Shown: positions 30,996 to 39,572 of the stretch, one piece after another
Layout: each line of letters starts with the position of its first letter
How positions within the stretch are numbered: the first letter of the stretch is position 1
Made by a program: the position numbers and the translations under genes
Source of the DNA: Nocardioidaceae bacterium
GTDB taxonomy: Bacteria; Actinomycetota; Actinomycetes; Propionibacteriales; Nocardioidaceae
NCBI GenBank assembly: GCA_035477015.1
Contig: DATILB010000372.1
Coordinates: 1-55,219 of the forward strand
Direction of reading: 5' to 3'
Length of the DNA: 55,219 nt
The notes under the pieces: model-generated
The model's database searches: none
What the model was told of the DNA's origin: nothing
What the model saw: only the letters and a program-made list of their open reading frames with translations

Positions 30996-31492
30996 ACCCC
31001 GCCAGGCTCGCAGCGGCCGGTGACGACCGCACCTGCCGCGATCACGCAGCCGGACTCCACGACGGCCCCTGGCAGCACGAGCGCACGGGCGCCGAGCCAG
31101 ACCTTGTCGCCGATCGTGGTCGTCGTGAAGAACGAGTCCTTCGAGGCTCCACCGCGAGTGTCTAGCTCATGTGAGGCCGTGAGGATCGTCACCTGCGGAC
31201 CGAGGTGGCAGTGCTCGCCGATGACGATGCGCCCGCCGGCTGCGTCGAGGTAGGCCTCGTGGTTGATGAACGTCCCCTTGCCGATGCTCAGGTCCGATCC
31301 GGTGATCCGTGCGCCGCTGAAAACGTTTATCGTGCGCACATCCAGGCGCGCGGCACGGTAGAGCAGCCAGCGCAGCGGCCGGGGGACCAGGGCCGACCCG
31401 GCCAGCGCGTTGAGGAACAGGTGCCTCACGGCGATGGTCAGATCGAGACGCAGAGCCCGCGCGATACGTGACCGATTCGACACGTCGTTCAT
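30941..31492 (-). CDS. Hexapeptide-repeat (LbH) acyl/acetyltransferase, maltose/galactoside O-acetyltransferase-like
   Basis: …IGKGTFINHEAYLDAAGGRIVIGEHCHLGPQVTILTASH…IGDKVWLGARALVLPGAVVESGCVIAAGAVV… ATG 31492 follows GGAGGT. Confidence 0.8.
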   Translation of the reverse strand: MNDVSNRSRIARALRLDLTIAVRHLFLNALAGSALVPRPLRWLLYRAARLDVRTINVFSGARITGSDLSIGKGTFINHEAYLDAAGGRIVIGEHCHLGPQVTILTASHELDTRGGASKDSFFTTTTIGDKVWLGARALVLPGAVVESGCVIAAGAVVTGRCEPGGVYAGVPARRIRDVSADGS

Positions 31493-31548
31493 GGTCTGGT
31501 GACCTCCGGTCCCGGTGTACGGCGCTTCTCGGGTCGGCCGAGGGTCGC

Positions 31549-31574
31549 GTTTCGCCTTAGAATAAAGGGAATTC
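31549..31574. promoter_or_regulatory. Locus motif copy d in the acetyltransferase/flippase divergent gap; TAGAAT faces the flippase
   Basis: GTTTCGCCTT-agaata-AAGGGAATTC. TAGAAT at 31558-31563 is 28 nt upstream of ATG 31591. Confidence 0.5.
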
Positions 31575-31590
31575 ATGAGTTAGTGACCTC

Positions 31591-33159
31591 ATGTTAGAGC
31601 CTGGCGCCCACGGGGGGCCCTGGACCAGGAGCGACAGGATTTCTGACGACCGAGCGACCCTGAACCGTCCGAGCGCAGAGCTCGGACGGGCTGCTCGTGG
31701 TGGTGCAGTGACGTTCGTCGGCGCCGCGATGAGCGCCGGGCTCGGGTTCCTGTTCAGCGTCCTGGTCGCTCGAGCGCTCGGCACTGCGGGTGCGGGTGTC
31801 GTCCTGCAGACCATGGCTGTCTTCACGATGACGCTCAGCTTCGCCAAGCTCGGCCTCGACACCACCGCTGTCTGGCTGCTTCCGCGTCTCGTCGGTGAGG
31901 ACCGGGCTTCGGTGCGCCCAGCCGTCCTCGTCATGCTGGCCGGCGCACTCGCCGGCGGGGTGCTGGCGCTGTGCATCTGGCAGGTCGTCGCTGCGACTGC
32001 TCTCGCGGACGCCACCGAGGTCGTCGAAGCCCTCGACGTCGCGATGTGGCTTCTGCCGGCGGCGAGCGTCATGACCGTGGCCTTGGCCGCCACCCGTGCG
32101 TTCGGCGGTGTCCTGCCCTACAACCTGATCGGCAACATCACTGTCCCCGCACTGCGCCCCTTGGGCCTCGCCCTTGTGGTCGCGCTCTCGGGTGGCGCAG
32201 TCGGCGTTGCGCTCTCGTGGTCCTTGTCGTGGCTTATCGGTGCGGTGGCCGCGCTCTTCGTCCTCGCGCGCCAGCTCGGTCGTCACACGGAGCGGTCCGG
32301 GTGGCGACCCCGCCAGGGGAAGGTGCGCCAGATCTCGTCGTACGCCGTGCCGCGCACCTTCGCCGCGGGTCTCGAGCAGGCGATGGTGTGGCTCGACGTG
32401 GTGCTTGTCGGTGTGCTCCTTGGCGCCGCGGAGGCTGGGGTGTACGGCTCGGCTGCGAGGTTCGTCAGCGCCGGCGTCATCGTCGCCACGGCCCTGCGCA
32501 TCGTCGTCGCACCGCGGTTCAGTGCGCTCCTCGCGAAGAAGCGCATCGATGCCGTCGACGAGCTCTACTCCGTGACCGCGCAGTGGATCCTGCTCTTCGG
32601 TGCTCCGATCTACGTGCTCCTGGCGTTCTACGCACCCACGGTGCTGGGTTGGCTCGGACCTGGCTTCGACGACGGTGCTGCCGCGATGGCGGTCCTGTGT
32701 GTCGGGTCGATCGTCGTGCTGGCGGCCGGCAATGTGCAGGCACTGTTGCTGATGAGCGGACGTAGCTCCTGGGGGGCGTTCAACAAGCTGGTCGTCGTCG
32801 TGGTGAACGTCGTCGGCAACCTGATCCTGCTGCCGCGGGTCGGCATCATCGGCGCTGCGGCCATGTGGGCGGCGTGCATGGCCTTGGACACGGCGCTGGC
32901 CGCCTACCAGGTCCGTCGCACCGTCGGCATCGCCGTCTTCGGGCCGACCCTCCTGCGCGTCGCCGTAGCCGTCGTCGCCTGCACCGTGGTTCCTGCGGGC
33001 GTCCTGGCCTGGCTGGCGGGCCAGAATGCCGCTTCGTTCCTCACTGCTGTTCTCCTCTCGGGGCTGCTCCTCCTCGCCTACGCCCGGCACGACCGGGCCA
33101 GGCTCCACCTCGACCAGCTGTTGAAGCCGGGAAGGAACGACCATGTCGACGATGTCTGA
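31591..33159 (+). CDS. Wzx-like oligosaccharide flippase (MOP superfamily polysaccharide biosynthesis protein)
   Basis: About 14 TM helices, an N-terminus …GAAMSAGLGFLFSVLVARALGTAGAG…, and locus context. Confidence 0.8.
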   Translation: MLEPGAHGGPWTRSDRISDDRATLNRPSAELGRAARGGAVTFVGAAMSAGLGFLFSVLVARALGTAGAGVVLQTMAVFTMTLSFAKLGLDTTAVWLLPRLVGEDRASVRPAVLVMLAGALAGGVLALCIWQVVAATALADATEVVEALDVAMWLLPAASVMTVALAATRAFGGVLPYNLIGNITVPALRPLGLALVVALSGGAVGVALSWSLSWLIGAVAALFVLARQLGRHTERSGWRPRQGKVRQISSYAVPRTFAAGLEQAMVWLDVVLVGVLLGAAEAGVYGSAARFVSAGVIVATALRIVVAPRFSALLAKKRIDAVDELYSVTAQWILLFGAPIYVLLAFYAPTVLGWLGPGFDDGAAAMAVLCVGSIVVLAAGNVQALLLMSGRSSWGAFNKLVVVVVNVVGNLILLPRVGIIGAAAMWAACMALDTALAAYQVRRTVGIAVFGPTLLRVAVAVVACTVVPAGVLAWLAGQNAASFLTAVLLSGLLLLAYARHDRARLHLDQLLKPGRNDHVDDV

Positions 33160-34045
33160 CCTGAAGGAGCGCTCCCCAGACTGGGTGCGCGAGCTGGCCC
33201 GCAAGTCCACCCGCGGCTATGGCATGGCGACGGCCCGCCAGCGCGGCAAGCCTGACTACCTGATCGTCGGCGCGAAGCGTGGTGGCACGACGTCCCTGTT
33301 CAACTACCTGCGGATGCACCCCGGCGTGCTCGGAATGTTCCCGCAGCCGCGCGCCAGCAAGAGCACCGACTACTTCTTCGGCGGAGCACCCAACGGGAGC
33401 CGGTGGTACCGCTCGCACTTCCACACGAACTGGTACCTCGACAGGATCGGCAAGGACCTGGGCTACCGCCCAGTCACCGGGGAGGCGTCGCCGTACTACA
33501 TCTGGGACCCGCGTATCGCGCGACTGGCCAGGCAGGCCAACCCCGACGTCAAGGCGATCATGCTGGTGCGTGACCCGGTCGAGCGGGCGTTCTCGCACTG
33601 GCAGGAGCGCGTCCAGAACGGCGTGGAGCCGCTGACCTTCGCCGAGGCGCTAGCCGCCGAGGAGAGCCGCACCGCGGGTGAGCTTGACCGGATGGCGGCC
33701 GATCCGACGTACCACAGCGCGGCGCACGACTGGTACACCTACCGAGCCCGCGGCCTCTACCTGCCGCAGCTCCAGAACTGGCTCGAGGTCTTCCCCAAGG
33801 AGCAGCTGCTGGTGCTTCGCAGCGAGGACATGTACAGCGACGTCCAGACCATGGCGGACACCGTGTTCGAGTTCCTCGGCCTGCCGAAGTTCGAGCTGCC
33901 GACCACCAAGACCTTCAATGCCAGCAGGCGTCCGGACCTCCCTGAGGCGCCGGCCAAGGAGCTGGCGGAGTTCTACGCGCCGCACAACGCCGAGCTGGAG
34001 ACCTACCTGGGCCGCTCACTCGAGTGGACCAAGCCCTCGGCCTGA
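33143..34045 (+). CDS. Sulfotransferase (Sulfotransfer_1-like, PAPS-dependent)
   Basis: 5'-PSB PDYLIVGAKRGGTTSL and 3'-PB MLVRDPVERAFSHW. It overlaps the flippase 3' end by 17 nt. Confidence 0.85.
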   Translation: MSTMSDLKERSPDWVRELARKSTRGYGMATARQRGKPDYLIVGAKRGGTTSLFNYLRMHPGVLGMFPQPRASKSTDYFFGGAPNGSRWYRSHFHTNWYLDRIGKDLGYRPVTGEASPYYIWDPRIARLARQANPDVKAIMLVRDPVERAFSHWQERVQNGVEPLTFAEALAAEESRTAGELDRMAADPTYHSAAHDWYTYRARGLYLPQLQNWLEVFPKEQLLVLRSEDMYSDVQTMADTVFEFLGLPKFELPTTKTFNASRRPDLPEAPAKELAEFYAPHNAELETYLGRSLEWTKPSA

Positions 34046-35247
34046 CGCACCAGTGCCAGCAGGGCGTCGGTGTTGATCCACAGGTGCTCCCACGAGCCGC
34101 TGTGGACGGCGAGCGCGCAGGCGCGCTCGACGACGGTGAGGACGTAGCAGGCTGCGACCAGTCCCCAGGCACTGCGAGGGACTCCCGCGGCCGCCAGGTG
34201 TGGGCTGACCTCAGCCAGGCACGCGGCGAGGTCCACCTGTGCCAGGTCACGGTGCGCGAGGCGGTGGTTGCTGAACGTCCAGTGGAAGGGGTCGAGCCCA
34301 GCCACGACGTCTTCCTCCGCCGTTTCCCAGTCCCACACCCAGAGCGTGCCGGATCCGTCTCGTGCGGCGTTCCAGGAGCTCAGGTCGCCGTGCCAGAGCG
34401 TCGTCACAGGCAGCTCCGTGACGTCAGCACGGACCGTGTCCATGAGCCGAGCAGCGGCTCCCGCGGCAGCCTTGGTCAAGGGGAGCCGCCCGAGCTCATC
34501 GAGCCGAGCCTGCAACGCGACCAGGTGCTGGGTGCCGATGGCTGTCGACCGACGGTGCACCGGCGTCAGGGAGTAGAACTCCTTGGAGGTCGGCGGCTTC
34601 ACGTCGAGGTGCGCGCCCACGACGTCGAGCGGCAACGGCTCGGTGACCAGCGCCGGATGTCCGTAGTAGTCGAGCGTCCCGATCAGCCGTGGTGCGCGCA
34701 TCGCGCCCGAACGTCCTCCGAGCGCCGCCAGCACCTCGGTCTCCTTGGCCACGAACCCGTCAGCGATGGCGTTCCATCCGAACTTGGCGTAGCCGACCGG
34801 GGCGCCATCGTCGTCCAGTAAGGACAAGGTGGCCTTGCGGTTGGCCCCAGTGCGTACGCCGATGCTGGCGTACAGCCGAGAACGGTCCAGCTCCTCGGCG
34901 AGCAGCGCCAACGGGAGGCGCCGTGCGGCTTCTGGTCGATCCGACCGGACCTGGATGCGTGCCGTGTGCGCGCCCAAAGGTGCTCCGGCACGAGCGAGGA
35001 CCCCGCCACCGCTCCTGATCGCATTGACGTGGCGACGCCGAAGACCGCGGTAGTGCGTGGCCGCGGCGGCCTCGATGACGCTGCTTGCTCTAGGCAGCAA
35101 CAGCTGCGCACGACGCTGGTTCGGCACCAACCAGTAGCGCTCGACGTCGGACCAGCCGTCGCCCGCGGGGTCGACCGTGACGCGTAGGTCGCCGGTCGCG
35201 AACGCGGATGCCCACAGCTGCTCGGTGATGTGCTCGACAGGCAGCAT
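34003..35247 (-). CDS. APH/choline-kinase-like phosphotransferase family protein
   Basis: LWHGDLSSWNAARDG…WVWDWETAEED (HGDxxxxN and DWE motifs). ATG 35247 follows GGAGGA. The longest ORF start is 35352. Confidence 0.7.
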   Translation of the reverse strand: MLPVEHITEQLWASAFATGDLRVTVDPAGDGWSDVERYWLVPNQRRAQLLLPRASSVIEAAAATHYRGLRRRHVNAIRSGGGVLARAGAPLGAHTARIQVRSDRPEAARRLPLALLAEELDRSRLYASIGVRTGANRKATLSLLDDDGAPVGYAKFGWNAIADGFVAKETEVLAALGGRSGAMRAPRLIGTLDYYGHPALVTEPLPLDVVGAHLDVKPPTSKEFYSLTPVHRRSTAIGTQHLVALQARLDELGRLPLTKAAAGAAARLMDTVRADVTELPVTTLWHGDLSSWNAARDGSGTLWVWDWETAEEDVVAGLDPFHWTFSNHRLAHRDLAQVDLAACLAEVSPHLAAAGVPRSAWGLVAACYVLTVVERACALAVHSGSWEHLWINTDALLALVRQAEGLVHSSERPR

Positions 35248-35289
35248 GGGGGTCCTCCGGAGGATGGCGACCAAAGTAGGTTCTGCAGA

Positions 35290-35315
35290 GATTTTCCCAC
35301 GTGGTAAGGGGATTC
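35290..35315. promoter_or_regulatory. Locus motif copy f in the divergent gap between the APH-like gene and the first large secreted protein
   Basis: GATTTTCCCA-cgtggt-AAGGGGATTC, 43 nt upstream of ATG 35247 on the minus strand. Confidence 0.4.
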
Positions 35316-35464
35316 TCTGACGCTCAGCACCTCGCAGGGTGAGACATGTCACGTGCGCTCAGGGTTGGGCTGTGTCATGGATGGGTAACAAATGACCCCT
35401 ACCATGGAGGTTCAGTCCGGGGGGGTCCGGACGTTGAGCCGACGCGTGGGGTGTCGGGGGGGGT

Positions 35465-38400
35465 ATGAAATTCATGCGAACTTTGCGCTGCTTGCTCGCG
35501 GCTGGCGTGGTGGCCTCATTGGCTGCTTTCGTGCCGCTGCTGGAGACCGCGTCCGCCGCCACCTCTGTCGATGCCACTGTCGTCGGCACCACGTCCGACA
35601 CGGCCGCTGGCTCCTGCTGGGAGATCAAGCAGGCCCGGCCTTCGGCCGCTGACGGCACCTACTGGCTGCTCACGCCCAAGATGCTCGAGCCGCAGCAGTT
35701 CTACTGCGACATGACCACCGACGGCGGTGGCTGGGTGCTCGTTGGCAAGGGCCGCAACGGCTGGACGAACGAGTACGACGGTCAGCGCGCCGCGTCCGAG
35801 CTGACGACTTCCGGGTTGTCGCCGATGTCGGCCCGCACCACTCAGCTTCCGTCGTCGACCATCGACGCGCTGCTCAACGGCGGCAGGGTCGACGCACTCT
35901 CCGAGGGCATCCGGCTGCGCCGGGCGAAGGACGCCGCGGGCAACACCTGGCAGGAGGCGCGGTTCAAGCTGAGCTCGCGCGACCGCTGGGCGTGGACCTT
36001 CGGTGCCGAGCACCCGCTGGCCAGCTGGTCGTTCGACGCGACCACCGGTTCGGGCGGCATCACCGAGAGCTTCGGCTCGCAGCAGTCCTACAACCGCGTG
36101 CACAACGTGCCGATCGCGGCGCAGAAGTACGCCCAGGCCTTCGCCTACGGCTCCTCGGTCACCGGCACGTCGGCGACCGACTCCTACCTGTGGTCGTCCA
36201 CCTCGGGTGGCGGCAACGCAATCCCCTACACGCAGGTCTACCTCCGACCGCGCGTGCTCTCGAGCGACGCAGGCTTCACGACCATCCCGGACGCAGGCAC
36301 GGTCGGCTACGAGCAGCAGTCGGTGGCTCGCTCCAACGCCCTCAACTCGCCGTGGGGCGTCTCCGGCCTGGCCGGCAACACCGAGCGCGAGGGGGCGGTC
36401 GAGGTCCAGGCCTTCACGCAGTCCGGCGACACGATGTACGTCGGCGGCAACTTCCGCTACGCGCAGCGCGACGAGCTGGCCACCGACCGCGTGGAGCAGC
36501 CCTTCCTCGCGGCCTTCTCGGTCAGCACGGGCGAGTGGGTCAGCACCTTCCGGCCGGTGCTCAACGAGCAGGTCAAGACCTTGGCGACCCTGCCCAATGG
36601 CTCGGTCCTCGCAGGGGGCGAGTTCACCGTGGCCAACGGCCTGTCGCGCACGATCATCGCGCTCGACCCGGTCACCGGTGCGACGGACCCGTCGTTCAAC
36701 CTCACGGCCGAGAACCGTCGTACCGACGGCGTCAACCGCATCGAGGTGCTCCGCGTTGTCGGCGACTACGTCTACGTCGGCGGCTCGATCACGCACCTGC
36801 TCGGTGGCCCCTCCATGCGGCAGGCCGTCGCCACCAACATGGGTCGCGCGTCCGTCACGGACGGGTTGACCTCCACCGACTGGAACCCGAACTTCAACGG
36901 CACTGTGATGGACGTCGACGGCACTGACGATGGCGGTCGCGTGTTCGCCGTCGGCTTCTTCTCGACCGCCGGGGGTGCGAACGCCAAGCGCGCGGCTGCG
37001 ATCTCCACGGCTCCGGGCGCTGCCCTCGCCTCGACGAGCTGGAACCCGACCTGGAGCAGCAGCACCGACTACCAGCAGGCGGTCGACGTCGTCGGCCCGA
37101 AGGCGTGGGTCGGCGGTTCCGAGCACTCGCTCTTCCAGTTCGACGTCGACAGCTACGCCCGCACCATGGGCGACATCATGAAGAAGAACGGTGACCTCCA
37201 GGACATCACGGCTGCCGCCAACGGCATCGTGTACGCCGGCTGCCACTGCAACAACTTCGACTACGCCAACGCCTACACCTGGCCCACCCTGTCGGCCGGC
37301 TGGAAGCAGGCTGACGCCATGAACTGGGTCGGCGCCTGGGACTCCGCTTCGGGCAAGCGCGTTCCGCAGTTCACGCCCGTCTTCTCGATGCGTCTCGGCT
37401 CCGGCGTCTGGGCGATCCAGCCCGACGACAGCGGCGTTCTCTGGGTCGGTGGCGACATCACCAACGTCCAGACGAGCAACCAGGCCAACCGGTTCTCGGG
37501 CGGGTTCGCGCGCTTCCCGCTGCGTGACTCGGCCGCGCCGACGACCCCGACCAACTTCCGCATCACTGCGGAGACGGGCACCGAGGTCACCCTCGCCTGG
37601 AACACCACGACCGACCCCAGCGGCGCCGGCTACCAGATCCTGCGGGACGACCGCCCGATCGCCAGCACCAAGCAGGGCTCGATCACGGTTCCCAAGGGCG
37701 GCCAGAACCGCTTCTTCGTGCGTACGTCGGACGGCGCCGGGAACGTGTCGGCGACCACCAGCGTGATCGTGTCCGAACCACTGGTCCGTGGCGCCGAGGC
37801 GTCGTTCACCCACACGGTGAAGCGGTCCGTGGCCTCCTTCGACGGCAGCGGGTCCTCGTCGGGCACCGGTGATGTCGAGACCTACGCCTGGACGTTCGGC
37901 GACGGTTCCACCGGCACCGGCGTCGCGCCCCAACACACCTACGCGGCTGCCGGCTCCTACTCCGTCACCCTGACCATCACGGACTCCACAGGCGCGCAGG
38001 ACAGCGTGACCCACACCGTCCAGGCCGGCACGCCGGCCGGTCCGGCCCCGACCGACAGCTTCGGCCGCAAGGTCTACGACCAGGAGCCCTACGTCTTCTA
38101 CCGGCTCGCCGAGGCGTCCGGCTCGACGGCAGTCGACAGCGGCCCGGACGTCCGCAACGGCACCTGGTCCGGAAGCAGCTGGACTCGTGCGGTTGCCGGG
38201 GCGCTGGTCAACAGCGACAACAAGGCCGCGTCCTGCGCCACCGGGTTCCTCGGTGGATCCTGCTTCGTGGCCTCGCCGAGCGTCGGCACGAGCCCCAACG
38301 CCTTCAGCATCGGCGTGTGGTTCAAGTCGACGTCGACGTCGGGAGGTCGACTGATCGGGTTCAGCTCGTCGGCAACCGGAACGTCGAGCAGCTATGACCG

Positions 38401-39532
38401 TCACCTGCAGCTGCAGAACAACGGCCAGGTGCAGTTCGGCGTCGCGCCGAACAGCAGCGGCCAGGTCAAGCTCATCTCGCCGGCCAGCTACAACAACGGT
38501 GCCTGGCACCAGGCGGTCGGCACCTTCTCGACCACTGGTGGCATGAGGCTTTACATCGACGGTCAGCTCGTCGGCACCAACAGCAACACGACGATCCGCA
38601 GCTACACCGGGTTCTGGAAGGTCGGCGGTGACAACGTCTGGTCGGGCAGCAGCAACCGCTACCTCAACGGCACGCTGGACGAGGCCGCGGTCTTCCACCG
38701 CGTGCTGTCGGACAGCGAGGTCGCTGACCAGTTCCGCCTCGCGCGCACCGTCCCCATCGCGCCGGAAGCCGCGTTCACGTCCAGCGTGGACGAGGTGACG
38801 GTGGACGTCGACGGGTCAGCCTCGACCGACCCCGACGGCAGCATCGCGTCGTACGCGTGGAACTTCGGCGACGGGGCCACCGCCTCGGGACCGACCGCCA
38901 CGCACACGTACGCCGACGGCGGCACCTACACCGTGACGCTGACCGTGACCGACAACGACGGCGCGACCGACTCGGTCTCGCATGACGTCCAGGTCCAGGA
39001 CCCTCCGGTGACGACCGACGTGGTGCAGGACGCTGACTCGTGGCGTTGGCGCTACGTCGCGGAAGCGCCGCCGAGTGGCTGGAACCAGCCGGCCTTCGAC
39101 GCGTCCGGGTGGAACCTCGGGGGAGCGGTGCTCGGCTTCGGTGACCCGTCGGTCGTGACGAACATCGACACGTTCGCCACGACGTCGGAGCGACCTAAGG
39201 TCGCCTACTTCCTGCGCAGCTTCCAGGTCGCCGACACGACGAAGGTGACGCGCCTGGTCCTCGACACGGTCGCCGACGACGGTGCTGTGGTCTACGTCAA
39301 CGGCGTCGAGGTCGGGAGGCAGAACATGCCGGCCGGCGCAGTTGACCACACCACCTTCGCGTCTTCGGCACGCCGGACCAACGTCGCTGAGTCAGCCACG
39401 TTCGTCATCGAGGTGCCGACGTCGTTGCTCGTCAACGGCGCCAACGTGATCGCCGTGGAGACGCACCTCAACTTCCGCGGCACCGCGGACGTGTCGTTCC
39501 ACCTGAGGGCCTCGCTCACTCGCTACGAGTGA
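35465..39532 (+). CDS. Secreted 1355-aa multidomain protein: signal peptide, fibrinogen-like YCDxxxxGGGW domain, beta-propeller, FN3, PKD, LamG/ConA-like, PKD, C-terminal ~165-aa module
   Basis: Signal MKFMRTLRCLLAAGVVASLAAFVPLLETASA. GSCWEIK…GTYWLL…FYCDMTTDGGGWVLV. Propeller repeats (…YVGGNF…, …AGGEFTVANG…, …WVGGDITNV…). FN3 (PTNFRITAETGTEVTLAWN). Two PKD domains (…YAWTFGDGSTG…, …YAWNFGDGATA…). LamG (…LDEAAVFHRVLSDSEV…). Confidence 0.85.
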   Translation: MKFMRTLRCLLAAGVVASLAAFVPLLETASAATSVDATVVGTTSDTAAGSCWEIKQARPSAADGTYWLLTPKMLEPQQFYCDMTTDGGGWVLVGKGRNGWTNEYDGQRAASELTTSGLSPMSARTTQLPSSTIDALLNGGRVDALSEGIRLRRAKDAAGNTWQEARFKLSSRDRWAWTFGAEHPLASWSFDATTGSGGITESFGSQQSYNRVHNVPIAAQKYAQAFAYGSSVTGTSATDSYLWSSTSGGGNAIPYTQVYLRPRVLSSDAGFTTIPDAGTVGYEQQSVARSNALNSPWGVSGLAGNTEREGAVEVQAFTQSGDTMYVGGNFRYAQRDELATDRVEQPFLAAFSVSTGEWVSTFRPVLNEQVKTLATLPNGSVLAGGEFTVANGLSRTIIALDPVTGATDPSFNLTAENRRTDGVNRIEVLRVVGDYVYVGGSITHLLGGPSMRQAVATNMGRASVTDGLTSTDWNPNFNGTVMDVDGTDDGGRVFAVGFFSTAGGANAKRAAAISTAPGAALASTSWNPTWSSSTDYQQAVDVVGPKAWVGGSEHSLFQFDVDSYARTMGDIMKKNGDLQDITAAANGIVYAGCHCNNFDYANAYTWPTLSAGWKQADAMNWVGAWDSASGKRVPQFTPVFSMRLGSGVWAIQPDDSGVLWVGGDITNVQTSNQANRFSGGFARFPLRDSAAPTTPTNFRITAETGTEVTLAWNTTTDPSGAGYQILRDDRPIASTKQGSITVPKGGQNRFFVRTSDGAGNVSATTSVIVSEPLVRGAEASFTHTVKRSVASFDGSGSSSGTGDVETYAWTFGDGSTGTGVAPQHTYAAAGSYSVTLTITDSTGAQDSVTHTVQAGTPAGPAPTDSFGRKVYDQEPYVFYRLAEASGSTAVDSGPDVRNGTWSGSSWTRAVAGALVNSDNKAASCATGFLGGSCFVASPSVGTSPNAFSIGVWFKSTSTSGGRLIGFSSSATGTSSSYDRHLQLQNNGQVQFGVAPNSSGQVKLISPASYNNGAWHQAVGTFSTTGGMRLYIDGQLVGTNSNTTIRSYTGFWKVGGDNVWSGSSNRYLNGTLDEAAVFHRVLSDSEVADQFRLARTVPIAPEAAFTSSVDEVTVDVDGSASTDPDGSIASYAWNFGDGATASGPTATHTYADGGTYTVTLTVTDNDGATDSVSHDVQVQDPPVTTDVVQDADSWRWRYVAEAPPSGWNQPAFDASGWNLGGAVLGFGDPSVVTNIDTFATTSERPKVAYFLRSFQVADTTKVTRLVLDTVADDGAVVYVNGVEVGRQNMPAGAVDHTTFASSARRTNVAESATFVIEVPTSLLVNGANVIAVETHLNFRGTADVSFHLRASLTRYE
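39035..39529 (+). repeat. Intragenic ~160-aa module, type B, copy 1
   Basis: DSWRWRY…FDASGWNLGGAVLGFGDPSVVTNIDTFATTSERPKVAYF…DTVADDGAVVYVNGVEVGRQNMP…NVIAVETHLNFRGT…. Confidence 0.7.
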
Positions 39533-39572
39533 GCTTGGCCGCTCAGTCACCCACTCGTCGAAGGAGAGAGCG

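Noticed and set aside
31575-31583. Mini-ORF ATG-AGT-TAG preceded by AAGGGA, just upstream of the flippase start
   Set aside because: A two-codon ORF cannot be supported from sequence alone and may be a coincidence within the motif copy. It is noted only as a possible start-stop element.
35516-38698. 1060-aa ORF on the minus strand, antisense to the first large secreted-protein gene
   Set aside because: It is Arg/Gly/Ala/Val-rich, low-complexity mirror translation typical of high-GC DNA. The plus-strand frame contains clear signal, FReD, FN3, PKD and LamG motifs.
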